DNA of 61,689 bases, the filler included, from Chiloscyllium plagiosum (Eukaryota): NCBI RefSeq assembly GCF_004010195.1. It is 3 parts of one record of this genome, joined end to end, with 100 filler letters (N's around TTAATTAATTAA, not from the genome) between each part and the next. Parts side by side here need not be neighbours in the genome. Positions count along the whole stretch, not along the records: positions 1 to 19,765 come from NC_057714.1; positions 19,866 to 47,401 come from NC_057714.1; 1 more part is not named here. One strand, 5' to 3'. Shown piece after piece: positions 12,863 through 24,822 of the stretch; position 1 is the stretch's first letter; each line of letters starts with the position of its first letter. The position numbers and the translations under genes were made by a program. The notes below the pieces were generated by a model, which was not told where the DNA came from, searched no databases, and worked only from the letters and a program-made list of their open reading frames with translations.

Positions 12863-13329
12863 TTATTAAAAAAGACCTTATCTCCATGTTGTAACTTGGA
12901 GATAACTGTCTTAAGTCGATTATGTTTGATTCTTCAATTCCTGGGTGTTAGTTGATTATTTAAATGGAAATATTAAGCAGAACAATGGGAAAGGGCGGGA
13001 TGATGACACAAAGTTGTGATGCTCATTTGGAGAGTCAGTGCAGAGATTATGGGCTGAATGGCCTCCTTCTGTACTATCATATTCTAAAAGGAGGTTGGTC
13101 CAATTGACTCCAGCTGTCATGAGAAGACAGTTTCTCTGTACTCAGTCCCAGCCAAGTGAACTTTCACCAGGCTGCCTCCAATATCAGTCTATCTTTCCTT
13201 CGATAAAGAGCCCAAACTGTTCACAGGACTCCAGCTGTGCTCCGACTAACGCCTTGCATAGTTTTAATAAAAGTATAGAGTGAAGGGAACTCGACCAGTA
13301 TGAGGCAGCATTTACAACCAGGATGACGA

Positions 13330-14435
13330 TATGAAATCACTAATAGGGGCATATATGTGAGACCTCATGGCTATTACAGAAACATAGCTGCATGGTGACC
13401 AGGACTATGCCCTGAATATTCAAATTTGGGAAGGACTGACAAAAAAGAAAATTTGGAAAAGGTAAAATGAAATTTGCCCTGATAATAAGGGAAGGGATCT
13501 AAGGGAGGATTTGGGAAAATGTGAACTTGTCCACTTCAGCAAGATTAGAAAAGCAATTGATTCTTTAAGCAGATCGATGCCTGAGCTCTAAGGTACACAG
13601 GGTTCTGGAAGTGTGGTACAGGAATCACATAGATCGCATGCAGGTACAACATATTGTCAGAATATTGTCATTTATTGCAAAAGAAATGGAATATAAACAT
13701 AGTTGTACAATGTATTGGTGAAAGCATTTAAATCACTATAAATAGTGATTTATCACTTAAATCACTATAGCATCACTATAAATGCCGGAGGAAACACCAC
13801 AGAAGCGCTTCACAGGAGGCTCCCAAGCACTGAGGATGTCACCTCGACAGGGGACGAAACGTCTGCAACAAAAACTTCCAGCTCGGCGATAAAAACCACA
13901 ACAACGAGCACCCGAGCTACAAATCTTCGCATAAACTTTGAAAGCATTTAAAGGTTTACCTGACTGATTCCTGGGGTGACAGGGCTCTCCAATTTGTACA
14001 TTTGTACAGGTTCCTTTATCTACTGGAGTTGAGAAAAATGAGGGGTGATCCAGTTGAAACATAAGAGAACCTGAGAAGAGTTGGCGTGGTGGGTTCTGCA
14101 AGGAAGTTTCTTTTTGTAGGAGAGACCAGGCCATAAAGTTTCAAAACAAGGGGCCTCCTGTTTAAGAAGGAGATGATAATATGGTTGGTTCTGGCAGTTA
14201 TTTTTCTGTGGAATTCTCTTCCCAAGAAAGCAAGTGGGGACTGGGTTGCTGAACAGTTTTTAAGGTAGAGTGGAGAAATTCTTGACCAAGAAGGAGTGAA
14301 AAATAATTAGGAGTGGCCAGGAATGTAGAAGTGAAGCCACAATCAGAGCACCCCTGGTCTTATTGGATGGTGTAACAGAACGAGAGGCTGATGGCCTACT
14401 CCTGCTAGAATGCATAGATTCAAATGTTTCTATGA
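13330..14435 (+). mobile_element. Old CR1 LINE fragments
   Basis: Degenerate EN-like (ITET) and RT 3' motifs, CR1-type tail (gatggcctactcctgct). Confidence 0.65.
13733..13938 (+). mobile_element. Solo PLE terminal repeat (family B) with hammerhead core and 14-bp TSD
   Basis: gca CTGAGGA t gtcacct cgac aggggac GAAA cg TC tgc (13827-13866); TGAAAGCATTTAAA at 13719-13732 and 13939-13952. Confidence 0.8.
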
Positions 14436-14756
14436 TTTTATTTTGAGAAAAGGCATAGATGAGATATGAGGAACAATGTTTTCATCGACTCATACAGTAG
14501 CAAAGAGACTCTTTGGCCCATCAAATCACCACCACCAAAATTCTACAACTCAGAAAGCTACCACCCAGGTATTCAGCAAGTGGAATGGAATGTGAGCCCT
14601 TATTTCAAGGGGGCTGAAGTACAGGAGTAGGAAAGTCTTCCTGCAACTAGACAAGGTCCTAGAGAGACCACACCTGGAGTATGGGAGGGGGGTAGTTTTA
14701 TTTAAAGGAAGATATCATTACATTGGAGGCAGTTCTGAGAAGGTTCACAACAATAA

Positions 14757-15078
14757 GGTGGCACGGTGGCTCAGTGGTTAGCACTGCTGCCTCCCAGCAC
14801 CAGGGACCCAGGTTCGATTCCACCCTTGGGCGACTGTCTGTGTGGAGTTCGCACATTCTCCCAGTGTCTGCGTGGGATTCCTCCGGTTGCTCCGGTTTCC
14901 TCCCTCAGCCTAAAGAAGTGCAGGTCAGGTGAATTGGCCATGCTAAATTGTCCATAATGATAGGTGCATTAGTCAACAGGAAACGGGTCTGGGTGGGTTA
15001 CTCTTTGGAAGGTCGGTGTGGATTTGTTGGGCCGAAGGGTCTGTTTCCACACTGTAGGGAATCTAATCTAATCTAAAA
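14757..15078 (+). mobile_element. HE1-type V-SINE, full length, inside a CR1 fragment (about 14560-15250)
   Basis: tRNA-like head (tggctcagtggttagc...ggttcgattcc), V-domain, taatc tail. Confidence 0.92.
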
Positions 15079-15299
15079 AAAATTCCTGGATTGTTGTATG
15101 AGCAAAGATTAGACAGGTTACAAATGCTGGGGACTGTTTACCACAGCGAGCTGTGGGGGCAGAGTCCTTGAGAAGTGGATATGAGATCAGCCATGATCCT
15201 ATTGAATGACAGAGCAGGATTGAAGGGCCAAGCAGCCTAGTCCTGACAGAGCCCACTTTCACAAACTAGGCCCATAGCTGGGAGTGTTATGATATTTCA

Positions 15300-15650
15300 G
15301 TTACTCTTCCAAATACTTATTAAAGTTACCCTCCCAGGCAGTGCGATCCACACCCCACCACCCTCTGGGTGAAAAAAGGTTTTCTCTCAAATCTCAAGTA
15401 AATCTCCTGCCTTTCACCTTAAAATAACGTCCTCTAGATATTGTCCCTTTGACTAAGAGGAACAGCTGCTTCCTATCCACACTGTCCATGCCCCTCAGAA
15501 TCTTACAGACTTCTGTCAGGACCCAGGTCAACCTTCTCTGCTCCAAAGACCCTGAGCTTATCCAGCCTTCCTTCATTGTGGAAATGCTTCATCCCAGGCA
15601 ACCTCCTGGTGAAGTTCCTCTGCACCCCCTCCAGTACAATCCCAAATCGA
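15300..15650 (-). mobile_element. CR1 RT 3' fragment
   Basis: LEGVQRNFTRRLPGM and EVCKILRGMDSVDR motifs. Confidence 0.8.
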
Positions 15651-16183
15651 TGCAGTGACACACTGGGAAGGACCTGAATGTTTTCGATTTTGATTTTGGT
15701 AAAAGCAGAGACAATGGATGCTATCTGAAAAGAAAGTTTGGATTGATGTTTGGAAGGGACAGAACAAAGGGATGACTGTTGTTGAACTGTGTTCAAACAG
15801 TTTGTAATGGCTCACAATGTAATGATCACTCCGGGAGCTGTCCTGGATTGGTTTGCCACTTGCCTGAATACTGGTTACTGATCCTTCTTTTCCTCAGTTC
15901 CTCTGTCAAACATTGACATCACCATGAACACTCAATGTCAAATCTCCTCTCAACCTGCTCTTGCTAAAATAAATCCATTTGCAGTTTCTGTGGTCTTTCT
16001 GTGTAAGTGACATTTCTTTTTGCTGAGAACACTCTGGTCAGGTTTTTAACATCATCTCGTCATCTTTGAGATGGTGTAATTCTCAGAATCCAGCAAAATA
16101 CACCATCTGCAGTCACCTCAATAACATCATCATCTCAGAACATTCTGTCTGTGTGACTGAAAGCAGAGTGAATAATTCCATAC

Positions 16184-16261
16184 CCCTCGGTAGTTGCAGG
16201 TCTTCTCGCAGTTTTGTACATTAAACAGATTCACATCCTGACAGCTATATTCAAAGCAGAC
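16184..16261 (-). CDS. ADAM15: ADAM15-like exon, end of Cys-rich domain / start of EGF domain: VCFEYSCQDVNLFNVQNCEKTCNYRG (78 nt, phase 0-0)
   Basis: tgtttaacAG acceptor, GGG|GTATGG donor. Cys spacing matches the 26-aa exon of ADAM12/15 (as recalled, VCIDHRCQRVDLLGAQECRSKCHGHG in ADAM15). Confidence 0.9.
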
Positions 16262-16579
16262 CTGTTAAACAGCAAACACAATGTCACTGTCAATAAGGCT
16301 TCAACAACGAGCGCAAAGGGTTCACTCCAAAATCAGTAATAAACATTTCAGGGAAGGGGAAAGTTACCTGGACACTTTACTCCAAAGTACACACTTCAGA
16401 CCAGGTCATTCAATGTTGGTGTGTGATCAGGGACAGGACAGTGTGGTGTGTGGGAAGTGTGACTGCTGGTGAGGCAGGTGTGTGCACCCAGAGGACTCAC
16501 ACTTAGGAGCCTCATCCTCTGTAACTGTCCAACAGTTCCCAGTTCCTGCAAGCTGTCTGGACTACAGTAGGAACTGCAC

Positions 16580-17225
16580 GGATGGTAGACTATTTTCTAA
16601 CTGGGGAAATCTGAAGCACAAAGGGAGTGGGGAGCCCTAGTTCAGGATTCTCTGAAGGAAACATGCAGGTTCAGTCAGCAGTTACAAAGACAGATGAAGT
16701 GTTAGCATTCCTTTTGAGAAGGCAGGAATACAAGACCTGAGAGGTACTGCTGAGGCTGTATTTGACTATGATCAGACCACTTTTGGAATACTGTGAGTGG
16801 ATTTGGACACTGTATCTAAGGAATAATGTGCTGATCTTGGAGGGGGTCCAGAAGAGATTTACAAGAATGATCCCAGAATGAAGGGCTTGATGTGTGAGAA
16901 ACAATTGAGGACCCTGGGTCTGTATTTAATGGATTTAGAAAGATGGGGGTGGGATCTGATTGAAACTTAGAGAACACTGAGAGGCCTGGTTAGAGTGGAT
17001 GTGGTGAAGATGCCTCCACTAGTCGGAGAGACTAGGCCCTGAGAACACAGCCTCAAGATGAAGAGAGGAGCCTTTCAAATTGAGATGAGCAGGAATTTCT
17101 TCAGCTAGTGGGTCATGAATCAATTTATTGCTGTAGAAACATGTACAGCAAAGTCATTGAATGTAATTAAGACAGATTCGTGATTAGTAAGGAGATCAAA
17201 AGTTCCGAGAGAGGCAGGAGATTTC
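16580..17225 (+). mobile_element. CR1 RT 3' fragment
   Basis: Decayed RPLLEYC, LEGVQKRFTRMIP and RNFFS motifs. Confidence 0.8.
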
Positions 17226-17299
17226 GGGTCTTTTGCTGAGTGAAAAGACACTAAGTAATTAACTAGCTTCTCTCTCTCTTTTCTCTACTTACCTTTTGG

Positions 17300-19628
17300 G
17301 GCAAGGTGAATATTGATGGAACTAGACAGGGGCTTGCAGGGGTTGATTGGAGTTGTTTGTTTGCAGGCAAATGGGAGGATTTAAATGTAAGATAATTGGA
17401 GTTCAAGGTCTGTATGTTCCTGTGAAGGTGAAGGGCAGGGTCAGCAGGAACAGGGAACCCTGGATGACAAGAGATATTGAGGCTCTGACCAGAAAAAAAA
17501 GGTGGCATGGTTCAGGTAGAGGAAGCTGGGATCGAGGAAATCCCTGGAGGTAGACAGGGAATACAGGATTTACTGAAGAAGGAAATCAGGAGGGCGAGAA
17601 AATGTCATGAGATAGCCTTGGCTGAGAAAATTCTGGTGAATCCAAAAATTACAGTGAAGGAAAAAGAATATCTAGAGAGAGACTAGAACCCCTATCAAAG
17701 GGGACATGTACATGTAGAACCACAGGAGATGGGCAAGGTCCTCAATGAATATCTCTCCTCTGTGTTTACCGTGGAGAAAGACACGAAGACCTGGGAACTT
17801 GGGGAAGTTAGTGATGATATCTTGGGGCCAGTCCATATCACAGTAGAGGAGGTGTTGGATGTATTAGACTGTATGAAGGTGGATAACTCCTCTGGTCCTG
17901 AACAGATATATCCAAGAACTCTGTCAGAGGCTGGAGAAGACATTGCGAGGGCCCTGGCTGATATATTTGCATCATCGTTAGCCACGGGCGAGGTCCCGGA
18001 AGACTGGAGGGTAGTGACCCTTACTCAAAAAGGGCTGCAAAGGAAACCCTGGGAATGATAGAGCAGTCAGCTTAACATCTGTGGTAGAGAAGTTACTTCA
18101 GAAGATTCTGAGGGATAAGATACACATGCATTTAGAAAGACAGGGTTTGATTAGGAGCAGTCAGCGTGGCTTTGTGAGTGGGAGATCATGCCTCACAGAT
18201 TTATTAACATTCTTTAACAAAGTGACCTGGAAGGTTGATGAGGATGGGCGTAATCTATATGGATTTCAGGAAGGCCTTTGCTAAGGTTCCACATGGTAGG
18301 CTGCTCTCGAAGGTTAGCTCTCACGGAACCAAGGAGAGCTGCCAAATTGGATACACAATTGGATTGATGGGAGGAAGCAGAGGGTAATAGTGGAAGGATG
18401 CTTGTTGGACTGGAGGCCTGTGACTCGGGGAGTGCCTCAGGGGTTGGTGCTGGGCCCATTACTGTTTGTTATCGATAGCAATGATTTGGATGAGAATATA
18501 CAAGGCATGGTTAGTAAGTTTGCAGATGAGACTAAAATAGGAGGTATCGTGGACAGTGAGGAAGGTTATCAGAAATTGCAGCAGGACCTTGATCAGCTGG
18601 GGAAGTGGGCCGAGAAATGGCAAACAGAGTTTAATACAGACAAGTGTGAGGTCTGGCATTTTAGAAAGTCAAATCAAGGTAGGAGTTTCATGGTGAATGG
18701 TAGGGCCTTAAGGAGTGTAGTGGAACAGAGGGACCTTGGAGTTCAGGTGCACGGTTCTCTGAGAGTGGAGTCCCAGGGAGACAGAACAGTAAAGACTGCT
18801 TTTGGTACACTGGCCCTCATCCCATTGATGTAGAGGTTGGGGAGTTATGTTGCAGTTATACAAGATGTTAGTGAGGCTGCACTTGGAGGATTGTGTTCAG
18901 TTGTGGTCACCTTGCTATAGGAAGGTGGGTTAAGGAAAACCCTGAGGTAAGGATCAAGAGAATGAACAGAATGAGGATAGGGCCAAATGAGAGATAGTGG
19001 AGGGAACTTGTGCGTGGAGTCAGAGGAGGCAGGGGAGGTCCTTAATGATCACTTTGCTTCAGCATTCACTACTGAGAAGGACCTTGATGTTTGTGAGGAC
19101 AGTGTAAAACCATGCTCAAACAGATTGATGTTAAGGAGGAGAATGAGCTGAAAATTTTGAAAAATGTATTGGGAGATAAGTCCTCTGGGCCAGATGGGAT
19201 ATACCCAAGGAAGTGAGGGAAGAGATTGCTATGCCTTTGGCGATGATCTTTGTATCCTCACTGTCCACTGGAGTAGTGCCAGATGATTGGAGTTTGGCAA
19301 TTTATTGGAAAGCATTCTGAAAGGCAGGATTTATGATTTCTTGAAAAACTATTGTTTGATTAGAGATAGTCAGCATGGCTTTCTGTACCTTGTAAACCTT
19401 ACTGAATTCTTTGAGGAACTGATGAAAGTAGAGCAGTGGATTTTAGCAAGGCGCTTGAGAAGGTTCCCCATGAAAGGCTCATTCAGAAAGTAAGGAGACA
19501 TGGGATACAGGGAAACCTGTCTGTCTGGATACAGAATTGGCTGGCCCACGGAAGATAGAGGGTGCTAGTAGATGGAAAATATTCAGCCTGGAGCTCGGTG
19601 ACCAGTGGTGTTCCACAGGGATCTGTTA
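17300..19628 (+). mobile_element. Two adjacent CR1 ORF2 remnants (about 17300-18925 and 18930-19628)
   Basis: GEVPEDWR, GVPQGLVLGPLLF, SKFADETKIGG; the second copy restarts upstream of RT and ends at SGVPQGSV. Confidence 0.88.
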
Positions 19629-19765
19629 TAGAACATAGAACATAGAAGAATACAGCGCAGTACAGGCCCTTCGGCCCTCGATGTTGCGCCGATCCAAGCC
19701 CACCTAACCTACACTAGCCCACTATCCTCCATATGCCTATCCAACGCCCGCTTAAATGCCCATAA
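19628..19765 (-). mobile_element. CR1/HER1 3' tail abutting gap
   Basis: (atagaac)n + tacagcgcagtacaggcccttcggcc is a reversed CR1 3' terminus. Confidence 0.8.
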
Positions 19766-19865
19766 NNNNNNNNNNNNNNNNNNNNNNNNNNNNNNNNNNN
19801 NNNNNNNNNTTAATTAATTAANNNNNNNNNNNNNNNNNNNNNNNNNNNNNNNNNNNNNNNNNNNN
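19766..19865. other. Scaffolding gap, 44N-TTAATTAATTAA-44N
   Basis: Identical structure at 47402-47501. Confidence 0.98.
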
Positions 19866-19978
19866 CCAGAGAGAGTGTGCTCCCTGTTTGCAGTGTCCAG
19901 TCCAGAGAGAGTGTGATCCCTGAATGTAGTGTCCAGTCCAGAGAGAGTGTGATCCCTGATTGCAGTGTCAGTCCAGTG
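19866..19978. repeat. 36-bp minisatellite (about 3 visible copies) at gap edge
   Basis: ccagagagagtgtgatccctgaatgtagtgtccagt-like units at 19866, 19902 and 19938. Confidence 0.85.
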
Positions 19979-20870
19979 TGCTGCCTCATTGTCGCTTGCT
20001 CTGATGGTCCCATGTGGAGCAGGCCCTACTGGAATCTGATTGACTGTGAAGAGCTGGGAAAGCGGTGACTCTCTCCTGAGAAGGAAGCTGCGGAAATGGA
20101 GCTGGCGGTGCATTTCCTGCAAGCTGGTCAATCGGTAAATTATCAGGCACAGCTGGCCAGGCAGTGCCTCACTGACCCCAACTTCCACCAAGTACAATGG
20201 ATCCAGAAGAGGACATTTCGCCCATTGAGCTTGCTCTGCTTTTTAATATGATCCTGACTGATTTATTTTTACCCAACCATCCCCAATGCCCTGTGCCCTA
20301 ATTATATCAGAAATCTCAGTCTCTACCTTAAATAAACTCTAAGACTGAACTTACACACGCTAACTGCATATAAAATTGGTAATATTCACAACCCTCTGAG
20401 TAAATAAATTCTGCTCTTCAATCTGTGCGCTATCCAGTTCCTGCTCTTGTCCCCAAACTTCACCAGGAAGAACAATATCCCATCGGTTTTCTTGATCAAC
20501 ATTTCTACTTGTCCTGTGCATAAAACACTCCAAAATGCCTCACTCCCTGAACGCCCTCCAAACCCTCCCATACTTTGCACTTTTGTCTCCTGGTTCCCTA
20601 ACAATTGTCTCATTGAATAGGCCACTCCTGAGGGCAGACTACCTCGCCTAATGTTCATTTTTCTCTCATCTCTAGCCTTTCGTAACACCAGTACGCTTTT
20701 CAAACACTTCCATTCTCCCTGTCTTACCAATCAGCAACTTCTGCTCATGCACGACATTGTGTCATTGACATTTTGGGATTCTTGCATCAGTTCTGATCAG
20801 TGCAAAGTGAAAATTTTTATTGTCCACACCAGTATTTATAGTTTCCTGATCTTGACTGTGATTCCATTAC

Positions 20871-21063
20871 CTTGTTGAGGCCACACCTGGTTCCTTCTCG
20901 AATTAGATCTGGAATGTTCGAATCAGGTAAACTGGAGAAAGTTCCTCTGCATTCGTACCTCACCCCACCAAGAACAAAGTTTGAATGCAAAATATTCACA
21001 TCCCCTCCTCGGATTGGAGAAGGATTTCCACCATTACATTGGATCTTCCCACACTTTACATCC
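20871..21063 (-). CDS. ADAM15: ADAM15-like Cys-rich domain exon: (K)DVKCGKIQCNGGNPSPIRGGDVNILHSNFVLGGVRYECRGTFSSLPDSNIPDLIREGTRCGLNK (193 nt, phase 2-0)
   Basis: tcttctcttccctacAG acceptor, AAG|GTAATG donor; CGKIQC and GTxCG ADAM motifs; phases fit both neighbours. Confidence 0.93.
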
Positions 21064-21169
21064 CTGTAGGGAAGAGAAGAACAATGATATGTTTCGTGTA
21101 CAGGAGTTGCTGTAGTCAGTATTGTGTGAATTTGTGTGTCCCTCCTCAGGATAAATCAGCTCAAAGTGA

Positions 21170-22320
21170 TCACATATTATGCCTTTTCAGATAATAATCC
21201 ACATTCTCACTAATCCCTGATAACCTTTCAGTGACTTTGCTGAGCACAAATCTATCTCGCTTGACCTCAGTCATATTCAAAGGCTCTGCTTCCACCAGTC
21301 TTTCTGAAAGAGAGGTCTAAGGACTCATGACCCTTGGAGAAACAGGATTTCCCTCATCTTTAATTTGAACAGTAGATCCTTCAGTTTTAACAAGTGACAA
21401 ACCCTCACTGAGATTCGATCCTCAGAAGAAATATCCAATCCACATCCACCCAGTCAAGTCCCTTCAGGATCTTAAACGCTTTAATCAAGTCACCTCGGAC
21501 TCTTCTGAACTCCAGAGCATGTAGGCCCAGCCTGTCTAGCCTTTCCTGATAAGGCAATTTGCCAAAACCATGTATAACTGAAACATAACCTTTCTACTCT
21601 TGCATTCAATTCCCCTCACAACAAACCATAATATTCAATTAGCTTTCCCGATTACAGCTCTCTGTGGCAAGGAATTCCAAAGACCCATAACCATCTGAGA
21701 GAAGAAATTCCTCCTCCTCTCAGTCTTAACTTGGTGCTCCTTTAGTCAGAAACTAAACCCTCCGCTCCCAGAGCCACCCATGAGGGGAAACATCCTCTCA
21801 GTATTGACCCTGTCCAGCTACTTCAGAATCCTGTTTTTCAATGAGATCATCTCTCAACCTTCAAAACTCTAGTGAGTAGAGTCTCAACCTTCTTAGCCTT
21901 TACACAAACAACAATCCCTCCATATCAGGGATGATCCTAATGCCTTTCTCAGAACTGCCTCCAATAAAATGATATTTTTCTTGAAATAAAACTGCTCACA
22001 GAATTCCAGATGTAGTCTCATGAGCACCTTGCACAGTTGCAGTAAGGCTCCCCTACCCTTATACTCCGTGGTCCTTGAAATAAGCACTTCCTAATTACCT
22101 GTTGCTCCTGAGTGCTAGCTTTCTGTATTGCTTGCATAAATACCCCCAATCCCTTCGTGTCACAGCTTTCAGCAGTTTCTTTCCATTTCAATACTATTCT
22201 GATTTGTTCTCCATTCCGAAATGAACAATTTCATATTTTCCCACATTATACTCCATTTGCCAACTTTTTGCTTGTTTACTTAACCTATCAAAATCTTGAT
22301 GTAAACTTTTTGTTTTAATC
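21170..22320 (-). mobile_element. Cluster of old CR1 3' fragments
   Basis: LLQLCKVLMRLHLEFC and LEAVLR motifs, heavily decayed. Confidence 0.7.
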
Positions 22321-22472
22321 ATTCACCGGATGAGGGCATCACTAGTTAGGGCAGCATTTATTGCCCATCCCTAATTGCCCAGAGGACAGTTAAGAGTCAA
22401 CCACATGGCTGTGGATCTGGAGTCACATGCAGGTTAGACCAGGTAAGGATGGCAGACTCTTTTCCTGAAGGA
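22320..22472 (-). mobile_element. SINE 3' part, same family as 45010-45420
   Basis: Reverse complement of ...ttgactcttaactgtcctctgggcaattagggatgggcaataaatgctg...catcc. Confidence 0.75.
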
Positions 22473-22629
22473 GAATAGTACTATTTGCATCCCTCTCACA
22501 ACCTGCCTTTCCATCTAATTTTGGGTCATCTGCAAAGTTGGCTCCAGCATATTCACTCCATGTCCTTCATACATGTTGTAAATCAAGGGGTTGAGTTGCC
22601 TCCTTCTGCTGCTATGTCTTCTACAGGAC

Positions 22630-23240
22630 CTTTGCTATTATCAGTCGTGGCATAGATTATAAGAGCAGGGAGATTATGTCAGCGCTGTATGTGACTTTGG
22701 TGAGGCCACAGCTGGCGTTCTGTGTGCAGTTCTGATCTACACATTATAGGAGGGATGCGATTGCACTGGAGGGCAAGATTCACCAGGATTCGATAGGAAC
22801 AAATGGAACTGAAAACAAAACTGCTGGAAGTCACAGTGGGTCAGGCAGCATCTATGGAGAGAGAGCAAGCGAACGTTTCGAATCCAGATAACTCTTCATC
22901 AGAGATTTGCCCGGTGTTGCCTCGGATGGAACATTTCAGCTTTGAGTAGAGGTTGGATAAGTTTAGGTTGTTTTCTTTGGAGCAGAGAAAGTTAAAGGGG
23001 CACCTGATCGAGGTGCATAAGATTATGAGGGGCATGGAGAGTGTGGATAGATTTATCTGTTCTCCTTAGTTGAAGGGTCAATAATGAGGGGGCATAATTT
23101 TAAAGTGAAAGGCAGGAGATTTAAAGGGGATTTGAGGAAATGATTTTTCACCCAAAGGGTGGTGGCATTGGGCAGGCATTGCCTGGAAGGGTAATTGAGG
23201 CAGGAAACCTCACAACCTGTTAAAAATACTTGGATGAGCA
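22630..23240 (+). mobile_element. CR1 3' fragment interrupted by a PLE terminal repeat (about 22792-22905, minus, hammerhead core)
   Basis: CR1 LVRPQLAFCVQF motif; insert reads CTGATGA a gagt..attc GAAA cg TT on the minus strand. Confidence 0.75.
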
Positions 23241-23427
23241 TTCCTGCTCCTCGGAATGCTGCCTGACCTGCTGTGCTTTTCCAGCACCACACTCTCAACT
23301 CTGAGCTATGGGCCGAGCGCAGGAAACTGAGACTGGTAGAGGTAGTAGTATAATTTTGGGCAGTATAACTTTGATGGGCTTAAGGGCGTCCACTGTACAG
23401 AATGATTTTATAAATCTGTGAACGTAC

Positions 23428-23536
23428 TTTACTGCACATCCAACGTAGGCATTCTGTTCATTCTTGCCACAGTTTCCATATTGGTTTCCTGCTTTATTTT
23501 TTACTGAGTAACACAAATCATGTGCAGATACTGCAC
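23428..23536 (-). CDS. ADAM15: ADAM15-like Cys-rich domain exon: (G)AVSAHDLCYSVKNKAGNQYGNCGKNEQNAYVGCAV(K) (109 nt, phase 1-2)
   Basis: ctcccccttttctctgatAG-type acceptor, AA|GTACGT donor; C...NxxGxxxGNCG motif; phases join 42450 and 21063 in frame. Confidence 0.93.
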
Positions 23537-23849
23537 CTATCAGAGAAAAAGGGGGAGAATTACAGAGATTTGACAAACCGGAAACTGCTTCCCTGTCACA
23601 CAGTCATCTTCCCAGTCCAGCCTCAGTGAACAGGTAATGGAATCTGGGAGAAGTTACAGAGACACAGAGTCAGAAAAGGAGAGAGGACAACAGACTAAGA
23701 GATTGACAAAAATACAGTGGCAATATAGTGAATGGGCAAGTCAAGATTTGATTAGATGGATGCCTGGAGTGTCACACTCACTGGTGATTCCATGTCATGA
23801 GCTTGTGGGAATCTGACACTGAGACAGGGAAAGGACTATCCTCAGAGTG

Positions 23850-24300
23850 GGATTTTAATTCCACTTCTCATTCCCTTTCTGACCTAACCATCCTTAGCTT
23901 CCTCCATTGTCAGAGCAAATCAGATTGCAAATTGGGGGAACAGTACCTCATCTTCCGCCTGAGCAGCCCACAGCCCAGAGGACTCAACATTATGTTCTCC
24001 AATTTCAAATAACCTCCCTCCCCATCTCCCATCCCACTCCCTTCCATTCCTCTCATCAACCCTTCCTTACAGTCACCAACCGGATTCATCTCTCCCATCG
24101 ACTAACTAGGTCGTACCCTCCACCTGTGTTCACCTATCCCTACCTCACCACTTCGCACTCTCCCCCCTTTAACTTCAGCTCCCCTTCCACCCACCCCTCA
24201 TCTTGAAGAAGGGTTGCACCCAAAACGTTGACTTCTCCACCTCCTGATGCTGCCTGGCTTCCTGTGTTCCCCCAGCCCCCTGCCAGTATTCTGTATTTCT
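23850..24300 (+). mobile_element. Penelope-like 3' end (GIY-YIG C-terminus plus pLTR)
   Basis: FNSTSHSLSDL...EQYLIFRLSSPQPRGLNIMFSNFK*; decayed hammerhead ttgaaga agggt tgc accc aaaacgtt. Confidence 0.8.
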
Positions 24301-24822
24301 GATGCTGCCTGTTCTTCCATCTTCCTGCCTGTCCCTCCTGATGCTGCCTGCCTTGCTGTGTTCCCCCAGCCTCCTGCCTGTCCCTCCAGATGCTGCCTGC
24401 CTCACTGTGTTCCTCCAGTCTCCTGCCTGTCCCTCCTGATGCTGCCTGCCTTGCTGTGTTCCTCCAGCCTCCTGCCTGTCCCTCCTGATGCTGCCTGCCT
24501 TGCTGTGTTCCCCCAGCCTCCTGCCTGTCCCTCCAGATGCTGCCTGCCTCACTGTGTTCCTCCAGTCTCCTGCCTGTCCCTCCTGATGCTGCCTGCCTTG
24601 CTGTGTTCCTCCAGACTCCTGCCTGTCCCTCCCGATGCTGCCTGCCTTGCTGTGTTCCTCCAGCCTCCTGCTTGTCCCTCCTGAAGCCGCCTGGCCTGCT
24701 GTGTTCCTCCAGCCTCCTGCTTGTCCCTCCTGAAGCCGCCTGGCCTGCTGTGTTCCTCCAGCCTCCTGCTTGTCCCTCCTGAAGCCGCCTGGCCTGCTGT
24801 GTTCTTCCAGCCTCCTGCCTTG
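24300..24822. repeat. 49-bp minisatellite derived from the pLTR, with a 147-bp super-period
   Basis: cctgatgctgcctgccttgctgtgttcctccagcctcctgcctgtccct units at 24337, 24386, 24435, 24484...; variants recur every third unit. Confidence 0.92.

Noticed and set aside
14757..14830. tRNA gene (also at 41339, 36152 and about 47970)
   Set aside because: A/B boxes run straight into the V-SINE body and tail; these are SINE heads.
15675..15865. Candidate minus-strand exons (ASGKPIQDSSRSDHYI; IASIVSAFTKIKIENIQ) as the missing EGF exon
   Set aside because: No cysteines or ADAM similarity; purine-rich acceptor for one and weak donor for the other.
20727..20800. AG...GTAAG-bounded segment just after the 20871 exon
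   Set aside because: In-frame stop in the required phase and no ADAM motif; the true next exon is 16184-16261.
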